Assembly (NCBI RefSeq): GCF_041146345.1
Contig: NW_027191411.1
Location: forward strand, 868,001 to 932,000
Length of the DNA stretch: 64,000 nt
Origin: Neodothiora populina
Lineage: Eukaryota
Direction of reading: 5' to 3'
Shown: positions 1 through 10,062 of the stretch, in pieces
How positions within the stretch are numbered: the first letter of the stretch is position 1
Layout of the letters: each line of letters opens with the position of its first letter
Made by a program: the position numbers and the translations under genes
The notes under the pieces: model-generated
What the model saw: only the letters and a program-made list of their open reading frames with translations
Told to the model about the DNA's origin: nothing
The model's database searches: none

Positions 1-405
1 GAGGAACGTGCTGGGCCTGATCTCTTGACAGGTCCCTTGGACTAGTCGGTTTCAATGTCGAACCGAGATAGAGTGGAGACGCGCTCTCTCGAGACCCCTT
101 CAAGGCCGTATAAAGGCACGTCGAATCAGCATGCAGCTCGTGTCTGCAAATACATTCGAGTGAGCGAAGCGGCTGAACACGACGCCGTCCATCCATATCG
201 GGTAACGATCACGAACATCACGATAAAACGCCAGGTGCTTCGAGTCGTGCAATAGGGAAAGAAAGATAATCCATCAATCGACTTGCCGTGCGAATTGTTC
301 AAAGGACGGAGTCGGTGTATGAGTACGTACTGTACCGTAGCCTGTGGAACGGCTATCACCATAACCGTTGAACCGTCGTTTCATCTTTAAACGCCAAGAG
401 CTATA

Positions 406-2643
406 TTAATACCCGGCGTTCCCTAAATTATGCTCTTTGATGTATTCCCCACCTTTCTCCAAGTACTCTTCCCGCGTCACAAACGATTTCCGCGAGGTCG
501 ATTGGCCAGCCCATGCTGCAGCACCTTTCCATGCATCTAGAATGGGGTCCTTGGCTCTGCGAACCCCAAGTGTCGCATCGGCTGGCAATACAGCTCGTAG
601 CTCATTACGCAATCTTTCCTCAAACCCTTGAAACAGTGTGTATCCTCCTGTCAGGAAGATGTCCTTGAGCATGTCGTCACGATATGAGGCTCCAGATAAG
701 CGTTGCGTGATGATGTCTTCGGCGATTTCGACTATGCCGGCTTGGTCGATACCGGCAATCGCAGGCTGAAACACGACTTCTGGTACCCGAATGCGCTCCA
801 CGTTCAGATGAAACTGATTCATCTCTCGCTGACTTTCTGGGTCGAATGGATAGGGTCCGCGAAGGAATGCGTGCACCAAGCTCTTGGTCCAGTCCTGTTG
901 TGCCTCCTGTGTGCTCTCTTCCGTGAAGGACGGGTCATACTTGAGCAATTGCGCTTCAATATTCTTCAAACCCCCACCTAAGTCCTCTTCCTCTTCGTCG
1001 TCGCTTTGCTCACCAGTCGCGATCTGGCGATAGATCCCCCAATCTGCATCATCGGCGCCGAAGGTATCATCGTCCCCACCGCGTCTGCGTTTTTTAGGGT
1101 TATCTGAAGCTAAATTGGCGATGTTCTTCATGCGTATTTGGCTGGCGAGAGACTTTCTGTTACCGAGGTCTGCCTTGAGACGGTCTCGGTCGCGAATCCG
1201 CTGTATCATCGCTAGGCGGGCAGCACGTCGCTCCTCGAGCCATATTTCAGGATCTTTCTCTCTCCGCTCATCGTCCAATCTCTGCTCCTCTGCAATGCGC
1301 GCTTTTTCGCGTTCCTTCTCGGCCTTGGCGCGGGCTCTCGCATCGTGATTTGCTTTGAGCAGTTTTTGCTGTCGTTTCTGCTTAAGCCCTTCTTCGTCGA
1401 GGTCCGCATCGGGAATATTGAGCAGTGGGTAAGTCGGTGGTTCTTCGATCTCTTCAAGGTCGCCGACATCTCTGTTTCGCTGCTTTCGTATGGACCGCTC
1501 CATGTCCTTCATTTTCTTTTCTAGTTGGACTTCGTCGTCAAAGTCTTCACCCTCTAGAACTTGCTTGGCTTCCTTCTTGGTCATGCCCTCCAGTCTTTGT
1601 TGCAGGTCTCTGTAATATTCCAGCTCTTGCTCTTTCCGGATGAGTTTGTCCAGGCGCATCTTGGCAGCCTGCTCCTGTAGTCGTCGTCCACTCTCCTTTC
1701 TCTTCTCAGCTGCGCGCGCGAGCTCCTCTTCAGTCTTCTGCACCACTTCCTTCTCGGTAAAGGGCATCTGTAGTACAACATCGCGATCTTCGAGCCCAGT
1801 CCAATCGAGGTAGCTAGACATCTCGGTGCCAAAGTCTTGCGCGACATAACAATACTTTCTGACGAGATCTTCAATTTGTGTATCGTTGATTTTGCCAGGA
1901 AGCCCGGGGTATTTAGCTTTGAGTAGTTTAGACAAATATTCGGCGCATTGCGAGCGTCCCCAGTCGAGACGGGTAGCGTGAGTAAAGAGAGGTTTGGTGT
2001 CAACAACTGGGATTAGGTGAGTCGAGGTATAGGCTGAAGAAACCACTATGCCAGTGCGTCCGCCGTTGTATGAGTAGGAGAACAATGAATCGATGCCATA
2101 AGCCGCCGACGGCACATTGTAAAGCTCGAAGAGAATCTCCGACATGACCCTTCTTGTGTAGGCCATGTTGGCCAAAGGCTCCGTCATCAGGACTGGGCGA
2201 TCGACATGCCCTTTCGAGCCATCAATGCCTAGTTTGATGAATATGTAGTCCAAGATGCCCTCCTGCACATCCCAGTTGTTGATGATGTTGCTGCCAGGCT
2301 CATAAATGGTCTTTGCCTGCCCGCGGGCTGTTCCGTCAAAGTAGATCTCCGAACCGATGAAGGTGAGCTTCCTGTTGAGCTTCCGGTCGGTATAGCGCGA
2401 CATCATTGGAGGGAAGGACAGGCGCGGCGCCTTGTCAAACTGCCAGCCGGCGCGGATGTTTGCCGAGCCATTGTCAATGACTATGACATTGTCGGGCGCA
2501 CTGTTACGATACGCGCTCTGCTCTATAGCATGGTAGCCTCCATACGGAGGGTCGCTGACACTGAAAGGCTGTCTGGGAGGCGGCTTGGGTGAATTGCGCC
2601 CGGAGTCGGTGCTGTCGCCGAGATCGTAAACGCGATGCACCAT
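406..2643 (-). CDS. ARP5: Actin-related protein 5 (INO80 complex subunit), intronless, 745 aa
   Basis: Actin-fold motifs (VIVIDNGS, LMTEP, ERIRVPEVVFQP, IFLTGG, DAWKG, EYLEKG...EH) plus the long charged helical insertion (RKESGRRLQEQAAKMR, DDTFGADDADW) typical of Arp5. Confidence 0.95.
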   Translation of the reverse strand: MVHRVYDLGDSTDSGRNSPKPPPRQPFSVSDPPYGGYHAIEQSAYRNSAPDNVIVIDNGSANIRAGWQFDKAPRLSFPPMMSRYTDRKLNRKLTFIGSEIYFDGTARGQAKTIYEPGSNIINNWDVQEGILDYIFIKLGIDGSKGHVDRPVLMTEPLANMAYTRRVMSEILFELYNVPSAAYGIDSLFSYSYNGGRTGIVVSSAYTSTHLIPVVDTKPLFTHATRLDWGRSQCAEYLSKLLKAKYPGLPGKINDTQIEDLVRKYCYVAQDFGTEMSSYLDWTGLEDRDVVLQMPFTEKEVVQKTEEELARAAEKRKESGRRLQEQAAKMRLDKLIRKEQELEYYRDLQQRLEGMTKKEAKQVLEGEDFDDEVQLEKKMKDMERSIRKQRNRDVGDLEEIEEPPTYPLLNIPDADLDEEGLKQKRQQKLLKANHDARARAKAEKEREKARIAEEQRLDDERREKDPEIWLEERRAARLAMIQRIRDRDRLKADLGNRKSLASQIRMKNIANLASDNPKKRRRGGDDDTFGADDADWGIYRQIATGEQSDDEEEEDLGGGLKNIEAQLLKYDPSFTEESTQEAQQDWTKSLVHAFLRGPYPFDPESQREMNQFHLNVERIRVPEVVFQPAIAGIDQAGIVEIAEDIITQRLSGASYRDDMLKDIFLTGGYTLFQGFEERLRNELRAVLPADATLGVRRAKDPILDAWKGAAAWAGQSTSRKSFVTREEYLEKGGEYIKEHNLGNAGY

Positions 2644-3088
2644 GGTGAGTGCTATGTCTATGTGGCTTGGTCGTGGACTGTTATACCATATCTGTGCAAG
2701 TCGTTGAGGTGGAAAGAGAGCACGAGATGGTTGCGCTTGGAATAAAAGAATGTAGCGGAGTCGGGGATTGTAGATGTAATGCAGCTCCAGACCCCGTGTA
2801 CGATATGGTATTGCACCTTATATAGAGCACGAGCCACATTATTGGATGTTGTTGTTTAGACATCACTCCTGCGTACTGTGAATACCTGACTAACTAGGTG
2901 ATAAGTAACACACTTTTGGTAGTGAACAAGCACACATTGGTCAAAATGGAATGGAATATCAATAGTCTGGAAATTGCTACCGATGACCAGGGTATATAAA
3001 GCCAACAGTGTGCGTAATACTCCAAAACTCCAAATAATCGATGAACGAGGAACACCTTTGATCCGTGGTGTAGTCTGGCGCAGCATGT

Positions 3089-3523
3089 CTACTCAGGATC
3101 TTTCAAGCTATCCGTAGCTAGAAGAGTGTGAGCACTATATTTGTACAGATCAGGCCGGGGCGCATTACCTTCCAGATGGAACAAGACATTGGACTGATAA
3201 TTTTTGAACATCTGCGCCACAAGTTCAACGTTCATGTTTTGCATGTTGATTTCCTACCAGCTTGCATTAGTGTTTTGTGTATCAGTCGAGAATCCTGGAA
3301 TACCAACATGAAGGCTCTTATTCAAGACCATGACAGCCTCATTCAGCTTCTCCTGAGTAAATATAAGCAACAGTACTAATAGCCGTCAATATTATGATTG
3401 AGTCTTACCACATTAGTGATTATACGCGATAGCAATAGACTCTGTTGATGTTCGTGTGGGCTCTCCTGTTCAAGCGTGAACCTCTGAACCCATATCGAGT
3501 CGAATAGTGTCCGTCCTTACCAT
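3089..3523 (-). CDS. DAD4: DASH/Dam1 kinetochore complex subunit Dad4. Five coding exons: 3521-3523, 3409-3465, 3308-3352, 3169-3253, 3089-3117
   Basis: Absent from the ORF track. Hand-spliced product [72 protein letters not shown] matches Dad4 as I recall it; all four introns are GT..AG and keep the frame. Confidence 0.93.
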
Positions 3524-3934
3524 GTTTTGATAGAACCGACTTGACTCTTGTCTTCCTTTTCCTCGTACTACTAGAATCAAGTTTCTTATATCTACCGTGT
3601 CGTTAGATTGTGTAGATACCTGCCTTTCACGTGGTAAGGTAATTATGCCCTATCCGATGCTGCCTGGACCAAGCGCCAATAACATACGGAGTCACGTTAT
3701 TACTGTGACTCTTTTGGGTAATTGTATGCCGTCATCCACTTGAACCTTCAACTTTCTACAAAGATAGATTGTTCGTGGCATATCTCACCTTACTGTAACA
3801 TATCTCTCACGGAAAGACCACCCTCACAACACAATTTGACAAGTGAAGTGCAGAGTTCTAGCCTACTGTTTAGGCCAGGCGCACTTGATCGGAGGGGAAG
3901 CTGCTTACGAGCCCATCTTCACGACGCCGACAGA

Positions 3935-6900
3935 ATGTCGTCGCTAAAGAATGCCGAGTCGCAATGGCTCGAACAGCTAAAGGCGATGAGGACAGCCATT
4001 GCAGACTTGAATTTGCCAACAAAAGATGAATCCATGACTGCATATGGTGATGGCGTCTGGACTGACGAAGAAGACTTCACCGATATCACCAGCGGGGATG
4101 ACATATGGGATTTGATCGACGAGGAGGAAGATGAGTCTAGCAGCGATGCTATGGGCGAATTTGAGGAACATTATGCTACTGCTGATTCCGAAGTGCATGC
4201 GTACGGGACGTCATGGCTACAACAACAGTTATCTGGTGTCGTAAGCCGTAGCAGCGGACTGGACTTGAATGATCTACAACAGCAGATCGTAGCGATACTA
4301 AGCTCTGATAGCAGTGACGATGAGCTACAAATGCTTCTGGCCGATACCGTCGGTTTTGAGGAACTTGACACTGTTGCTGAGCTCATTTCTCACCGTACGG
4401 ATATCATTGCTAGTGTCCAACAGTCTACGAGTCATCCGGAACCCACACCAGGCCGCTTGCTCAGCCGCAGGGAACGCGAGGCTGCATTGCACAGACAAGA
4501 CTACGAGCACAAAACTTCCGATCTAGCATCCGCTCAAGACCGCACCGGTCCTCGTTACCCTCATGTCTACAAGGCTCATGACGCTGGCAATGCACTGTCT
4601 TCGCATGGTAAAAAATACTTGTTGCCTGTCGGTAGTGAACGTAAAGAGCACGAGAAGTACGAAGAATACTCGATCCCACCTGCAAAGACCGGTGTCCTAG
4701 GTCGCGGCCAGAGCTTAGTCCACATCAAAGATATGGACCCTCTGTGCCGCGGTACCTTTCCGGGCTACAAATCCCTCAATCGCATGCAGAGTTTGGTATA
4801 TCCTGTAGCATACAAGACAAGCGAGAACATGTTGATCTGTGCTCCGACTGGTGCGGGTAAGACTGATGCGGCAATGTTGACTATTCTAAATACAATCGCC
4901 AAGAACATGTCTCCTAGTCCTTTTGAAGACCCAGAAGCTACTGACTTTGCTGTGCACACCGATGATTTCAAGATTGTCTATGTCGCGCCTATGAAAGCTC
5001 TTGCTGCCGAAGTGACTGAAAAACTCGGCAAGCGCCTGGCATGGCTTGGGATACGAGTCCGTGAACTCACGGGAGACATGCACCTTACGAAGTCCGAGAT
5101 TGTTCAAACACAGATTCTTGTGACAACTCCCGAAAAGTGGGATGTTGTCACGAGAAAGAGTACTGGAGACACCGAGCTCGTTCAGAAAGTGCGTTTACTC
5201 ATCATCGATGAGGTCCACATGTTGCATGACGAACGCGGTGCCGTGCTCGAGTCTTTGGTCGCTCGAACTGAGAGGCAAGTGGAAAGTACTCAGTCGCTCA
5301 TCCGTATCGTTGGTTTATCCGCCACTCTGCCGAACTATGTCGACGTTGCAGACTTTCTCAAGGTCAATCGCTATGCTGGTCTCTTCTACTTCGATCAATC
5401 CTTCCGTCCTGTACCACTGGAACAACATTTCCTCGGAGTGAAAGGCAAGTCAGGAAGCAAGACATCCCGAGACAACATTGACCAAGTGGCTTTTGAGAAA
5501 GTCCGAGAAATGCTGGAACTAGGACATCAGGTCATGGTATTTGTACACTCCAGGAAGGACACTGCAAAGACTGCGAAGACCATGCACGAGATGGCAGTAG
5601 AGCAAGGCTGTAGTGATCTTTTCGATCCTGCTGGGCATGATGCGTACGGGCAAGCCATGCGTGACCTAAAGACGTCAAAGGGACGTGAGCTTAGAGAGCT
5701 CGTACCAAAGGGATTCGGGACTCACAATGCTGGTATGCCTCGCTCCGATCGTAATATGATAGAGCGGTTTTTCGCAGAAGGCGTCATCAGGGTGTTGTGC
5801 TGTACAGCCACCCTTGCGTGGGGTGTGAACTTGCCTGCAGCAGCAGTCGTCATCAAGGGAACTCAACTCTACAGCGCAGAAGCAGGTAAGTTTGTCGACC
5901 TAGGAATACTTGACGTCCTGCAAATCTTTGGTCGTGCTGGTCGTCCCCAGTTCCAAGATACTGGTATCGGTTTCATTTGCACCACTCAGGACAAATTACA
6001 ACACTATCTTACCGCTGTTACCCAACAGCAGCCAATCGAGTCCAACTTCTCGAAAAGAATGGTTGATAATCTCAATGCCGAAATCGCGCTTGGAACAGTC
6101 ACATCTGTCGCTGAAGCGGTACAATGGCTTGGTTACTCATACCTCTTCGTTCGTATGCAACGCAATCCCATGTCATATGGCATCGATTGGGCGGAAATTC
6201 GAGACGACCCGCAGCTCGTGCAAAGACGAAGAGAGCTCATCATGAAGGCAGCTCGAGTACTGCAGCAAAGTCAAATGATCATCTTCAACGAGACGACTGA
6301 GGAACTTCGCGCTAAAGACGTAGGACGTATTGCAAGTCAATACTACGTTTTGCAGACTAGCGTTGAGATATTCAACACCATGATGCGTCCTCAGGCTACT
6401 GAAGCCGATGTTCTGAAGATGATCAGTATGAGCGGTGAATTCGACAACATCACTTCGAGGGAGACAGAAGAAAAGGAATTGATAAGGCTGAAAGACGAAG
6501 CTTCACCTTGCGATATCGAAGGAGGTATCGGTACGCAGTCTGGAAAGACCAATGTCCTTCTGCAATCTTACATTTCCCGCGCCCGTCTGGAAGATTTTAC
6601 ACTAGTATCCGACACTGCTTACGTGGCTCAAAATGCTACCCGTATCTGCAGAGCGCTATTCATGATAGCGCTAAACAGACGGTGGGGCTACCAGTGTTTG
6701 GTGCTGCTGTCAATGTGCAAGTCGATTGAGAAGCAAGTATGGCCGTACCAGCATCCTTTTCACCAGTTCGATCTACCACAGCCCGTCCTTAGAAACCTTG
6801 ACGAGAAGGGTTCGACTGCCTCTATCGAGTCTCTGCACGACATGGAACCTGCAGAGATCGGTCAGCTCGTTCACAATGGCAAAATGGGATATACAATCTC

Positions 6901-9900
6901 CAAATTGCTAGACAACTTTCCCACATTGACTGTGGAGGCTGAGATAGCCCCTCTGAATCGAGATGTCCTTCGAGTTCGACTCTACATTACCCCCGACTTC
7001 CGATGGAATGATAGACACCACGGCACGTCAGAGTCTTACTGGATTTGGGTTGAGAACTCGGAGACGTCCGAAATCTATCATCACGAATACTTCATCCTTT
7101 CCAGGAAAAAGCTTTACGATGAGCACGAGCTTAGTTTCACAATTCCTCTCACTGATCCCTTGCCCTCCCAGATCTATGTACGTGCAGTCTCGGACAGATG
7201 GATGGGCGCAGAGACAGTCACACCAGTCTCGTTCCAGCACCTCATCAGACCTGATACGGAGAGCGTATACACGGACTTGCTCAATCTACAGCCATTGCCT
7301 ATCTCAGCTCTGAAGAATCCGCTACTTGAAGAGCTCTATGGCGAACGTTTCCAGTTCTTCAACCCCATGCAGACACAACTGTTCCATTGTATGTATCATA
7401 CCCCAACGAACGTTTTACTGGGATCTCCGACCGGAAGTGGCAAAACTGTGGCTGCTGAGCTTGCCATGTGGTGGGCCTTCCGTGAGCGACCAGGGTCGAA
7501 AGTTGTCTACATCGCACCCATGAAAGCCCTGGTCCGCGAGAGAGTCCAGGACTGGGGCCGCCGCCTGACTAGACGTATGGGATTGAAGCTTGTCGAACTG
7601 ACAGGTGACAACACTCCCGATACACGCACTATCCGAGATGCCGATATCATCATTACCACTCCTGAGAAGTGGGATGGTATCAGTCGTAGTTGGCAGACGA
7701 GAGACTATGTTCGCAAGGTCAGTCTGGTCATCATTGACGAGATTCATCTGCTTGGTGGTGACAGAGGTCCTATCCTGGAGATCATTGTCTCTCGTATGAA
7801 CTACATCGCGTCCCAAAAGAAGGGCTCGGTTAGACTCGTAGGCATGTCTACGGCTTGTGCGAATGCGACTGATCTGGGCAACTGGTTGGGCGTGAAGGAA
7901 GGCTTGTTCAACTTCCGTCACTCAGTCAGACCTGTACCCCTGGAGATCTTCATCGACGGCTTCCCCGAGCAGAGAGGCTTCTGCCCCCTTATGCAGTCGA
8001 TGAACCGGCCGACCTTCCTCGCTATCAAGACCCACTCACCTGATAAGCCAGTAATCGTGTTCGTAGCGTCTCGCCGTCAAACACGCTTGACGGCACGCGA
8101 TCTCATCAATTTCTGCGGCATGGAAGACAACCCTCGTAGATTTGTACGCATGTCTGAAGAGGACCTTGGACTCAACCTTTCAAGAGTGAAAGATGAAGCC
8201 TTGCGCGAAGCACTAAGCTTCGGTATTGGTCTCCATCATGCTGGTCTCGTCGAGTCTGATAGACAATTGTCAGAAGAGCTATTCGCAAACAACAAGATCC
8301 AGATCCTTGTTGCTACCAGTACTCTTGCTTGGGGTGTCAATTTGCCTGCTCATCTAGTAGTGGTCAAGGGAACACAGTATTTTGATGCCAAGATAGAAGG
8401 TTACAAAGACATGGATTTGACCGATGTGCTGCAGATGCTCGGTCGTGCTGGACGTCCCGGTTTCGACACATCTGGAGTGGCCCGCATCTTCACGCAAGAT
8501 GCTAAGAAGGCTTTCTACAAGCATTTCCTTCACACTGGATTCCCTGTTGAGTCCTCTCTTCACAACGTCCTGGACAACCATTTGGGTGCAGAAGTGTCGG
8601 CGGAGACCATCGGCACAAAACAGGACGCCCTGGATTACCTGACGTGGACGTTCTTCTTCAGGCGCTTACATAAGAACCCGTCCTACTACGGTCTTGAGAT
8701 CTCGTCAGAAGAGCACAATACAATGGCAGCTCAGCAACTCGCAAATGATTACATGATCGAAATGGTCGACAAGTCGCTGGGCGAGCTTGCTGAGTCTGGC
8801 TGTGTCACCTTGCACAACAATGGCGATGTCGACCCGACACCACTGGGCAAGATCATGAGTTATTACTATCTCGCGCACAAGACGATCCGTTATCTCCTCA
8901 AACATGCGAAGCCAAATGCAACGTTTGCAAACGCATTGGCATGGATGTGTAGCGCCACCGAATATGATGAATTGCCCGTTCGACACAACGAAGATGGTGT
9001 CAATGAGCAACTTTCCAACGCCCTTCCCCTTAGTGCTCTTGATGACATGCCAGGCCTACCAATGTGGGATCCTCATATCAAGTCTTTCGTCCTGCTCCAA
9101 GCGCATTTCTCTCGCATCGACCTTCCAATCTCTGATTACGTAGGTGATCAAACCTCGATCCTCGACCAAGCGATTCGTATCCTGCAGGCTTCGATTGATG
9201 TCCTCACTGAGATGGGCTTCCGCTCCAGTTGCGCACAGATGATGACACTACTCCAATGCGTCAAATCAGCACGCTGGCCAGATGAAGGGCCGCTGTCCAT
9301 CTTCCCAGGTGTTGATTCAGAGATCGAGAAGAAACGCGTGCAGTCCGATAGCAACAGCAAACCACGCACTTTAGTCGAAGCGACCACGATGCCAAGAAAA
9401 GAGCTAGAAAGCGTACTGAGCAAGAAACACAACCTGCCTCCGCCAGCTCACGCACGCGTCTTCAAAGCCCTCGCCATGCTTCCCCAGCTCAAGGTCACAG
9501 TCCCCGAAGTCAATGCCCTGGGCCTGACCGTCGTTCTTAACAGACTCAATCCAATCTCAGACGCGGAATGCAGAATGTTCACCCCTCGCTTCCCCAAGCC
9601 TCAAACTGAAGGCTTCTTCCTCATCGTCTCAGACCCCAAGACCGACGAGATTATCGCCTTGAAACGCATCTCTTGGCCCAGCAGAGACGATAAGCGCAAC
9701 AATGGAGGCGGCAAGCAGCAGCAACGCGGGGGTGGCCTAGGTGCGCCGAAAGGCAATGGCAGGCTTTTGTCGACGAAAGCGAGCGTGAAGCTGCCTCCTG
9801 CGGACCAGGAGAGGCTTCTTGAGGTCAAGATCATCAGCGATGGATACATCGGTATGGAATGGAAGGTCGAAGGGATTGAAGTGCCGATACCGCCTAGAGT

Positions 9901-9937
9901 CGTCGATGAAGGCAAGAAGGTTGCTGCGCAGGAGTAG
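3935..9937 (+). CDS. SLH1: Ski2-like tandem-cassette helicase Slh1/Rqt2 (ASCC3/Mug81 orthologue), intronless, about 2000 aa
   Basis: Two DExH cassettes (APTGAGKT/DEVH and SPTGSGKT/DEIH), each followed by a Sec63-like region. First ATG is at 3935 (the track starts at an upstream TTG). PHVY motif and HLLGGDRGPILE favour Slh1/ASCC3 over Brr2. Confidence 0.92.
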   Translation: MSSLKNAESQWLEQLKAMRTAIADLNLPTKDESMTAYGDGVWTDEEDFTDITSGDDIWDLIDEEEDESSSDAMGEFEEHYATADSEVHAYGTSWLQQQLSGVVSRSSGLDLNDLQQQIVAILSSDSSDDELQMLLADTVGFEELDTVAELISHRTDIIASVQQSTSHPEPTPGRLLSRREREAALHRQDYEHKTSDLASAQDRTGPRYPHVYKAHDAGNALSSHGKKYLLPVGSERKEHEKYEEYSIPPAKTGVLGRGQSLVHIKDMDPLCRGTFPGYKSLNRMQSLVYPVAYKTSENMLICAPTGAGKTDAAMLTILNTIAKNMSPSPFEDPEATDFAVHTDDFKIVYVAPMKALAAEVTEKLGKRLAWLGIRVRELTGDMHLTKSEIVQTQILVTTPEKWDVVTRKSTGDTELVQKVRLLIIDEVHMLHDERGAVLESLVARTERQVESTQSLIRIVGLSATLPNYVDVADFLKVNRYAGLFYFDQSFRPVPLEQHFLGVKGKSGSKTSRDNIDQVAFEKVREMLELGHQVMVFVHSRKDTAKTAKTMHEMAVEQGCSDLFDPAGHDAYGQAMRDLKTSKGRELRELVPKGFGTHNAGMPRSDRNMIERFFAEGVIRVLCCTATLAWGVNLPAAAVVIKGTQLYSAEAGKFVDLGILDVLQIFGRAGRPQFQDTGIGFICTTQDKLQHYLTAVTQQQPIESNFSKRMVDNLNAEIALGTVTSVAEAVQWLGYSYLFVRMQRNPMSYGIDWAEIRDDPQLVQRRRELIMKAARVLQQSQMIIFNETTEELRAKDVGRIASQYYVLQTSVEIFNTMMRPQATEADVLKMISMSGEFDNITSRETEEKELIRLKDEASPCDIEGGIGTQSGKTNVLLQSYISRARLEDFTLVSDTAYVAQNATRICRALFMIALNRRWGYQCLVLLSMCKSIEKQVWPYQHPFHQFDLPQPVLRNLDEKGSTASIESLHDMEPAEIGQLVHNGKMGYTISKLLDNFPTLTVEAEIAPLNRDVLRVRLYITPDFRWNDRHHGTSESYWIWVENSETSEIYHHEYFILSRKKLYDEHELSFTIPLTDPLPSQIYVRAVSDRWMGAETVTPVSFQHLIRPDTESVYTDLLNLQPLPISALKNPLLEELYGERFQFFNPMQTQLFHCMYHTPTNVLLGSPTGSGKTVAAELAMWWAFRERPGSKVVYIAPMKALVRERVQDWGRRLTRRMGLKLVELTGDNTPDTRTIRDADIIITTPEKWDGISRSWQTRDYVRKVSLVIIDEIHLLGGDRGPILEIIVSRMNYIASQKKGSVRLVGMSTACANATDLGNWLGVKEGLFNFRHSVRPVPLEIFIDGFPEQRGFCPLMQSMNRPTFLAIKTHSPDKPVIVFVASRRQTRLTARDLINFCGMEDNPRRFVRMSEEDLGLNLSRVKDEALREALSFGIGLHHAGLVESDRQLSEELFANNKIQILVATSTLAWGVNLPAHLVVVKGTQYFDAKIEGYKDMDLTDVLQMLGRAGRPGFDTSGVARIFTQDAKKAFYKHFLHTGFPVESSLHNVLDNHLGAEVSAETIGTKQDALDYLTWTFFFRRLHKNPSYYGLEISSEEHNTMAAQQLANDYMIEMVDKSLGELAESGCVTLHNNGDVDPTPLGKIMSYYYLAHKTIRYLLKHAKPNATFANALAWMCSATEYDELPVRHNEDGVNEQLSNALPLSALDDMPGLPMWDPHIKSFVLLQAHFSRIDLPISDYVGDQTSILDQAIRILQASIDVLTEMGFRSSCAQMMTLLQCVKSARWPDEGPLSIFPGVDSEIEKKRVQSDSNSKPRTLVEATTMPRKELESVLSKKHNLPPPAHARVFKALAMLPQLKVTVPEVNALGLTVVLNRLNPISDAECRMFTPRFPKPQTEGFFLIVSDPKTDEIIALKRISWPSRDDKRNNGGGKQQQRGGGLGAPKGNGRLLSTKASVKLPPADQERLLEVKIISDGYIGMEWKVEGIEVPIPPRVVDEGKKVAAQE

Positions 9938-10062
9938 ATGGTGGTTCAAAAAAAGATCATGTCGATAATGCATATACATGGTAGAGTGCAATTGATCATT
10001 TCTAGATGCAATGCGTAGATATCTAGTACAAAATAGAGCACGTTCCGAACAGCCACCTCCAT

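Noticed and set aside
1..362. Short ORFs at the window start, including a minus-strand frame open from an ATG at 196 to the edge
   Set aside because: No recognisable motif. It may be the start of a gene outside the window but cannot be supported.
3722..3934. N-terminal extension of SLH1 in the ORF track
   Set aside because: It starts at TTG and reads like promoter or UTR; the first ATG is 3935.
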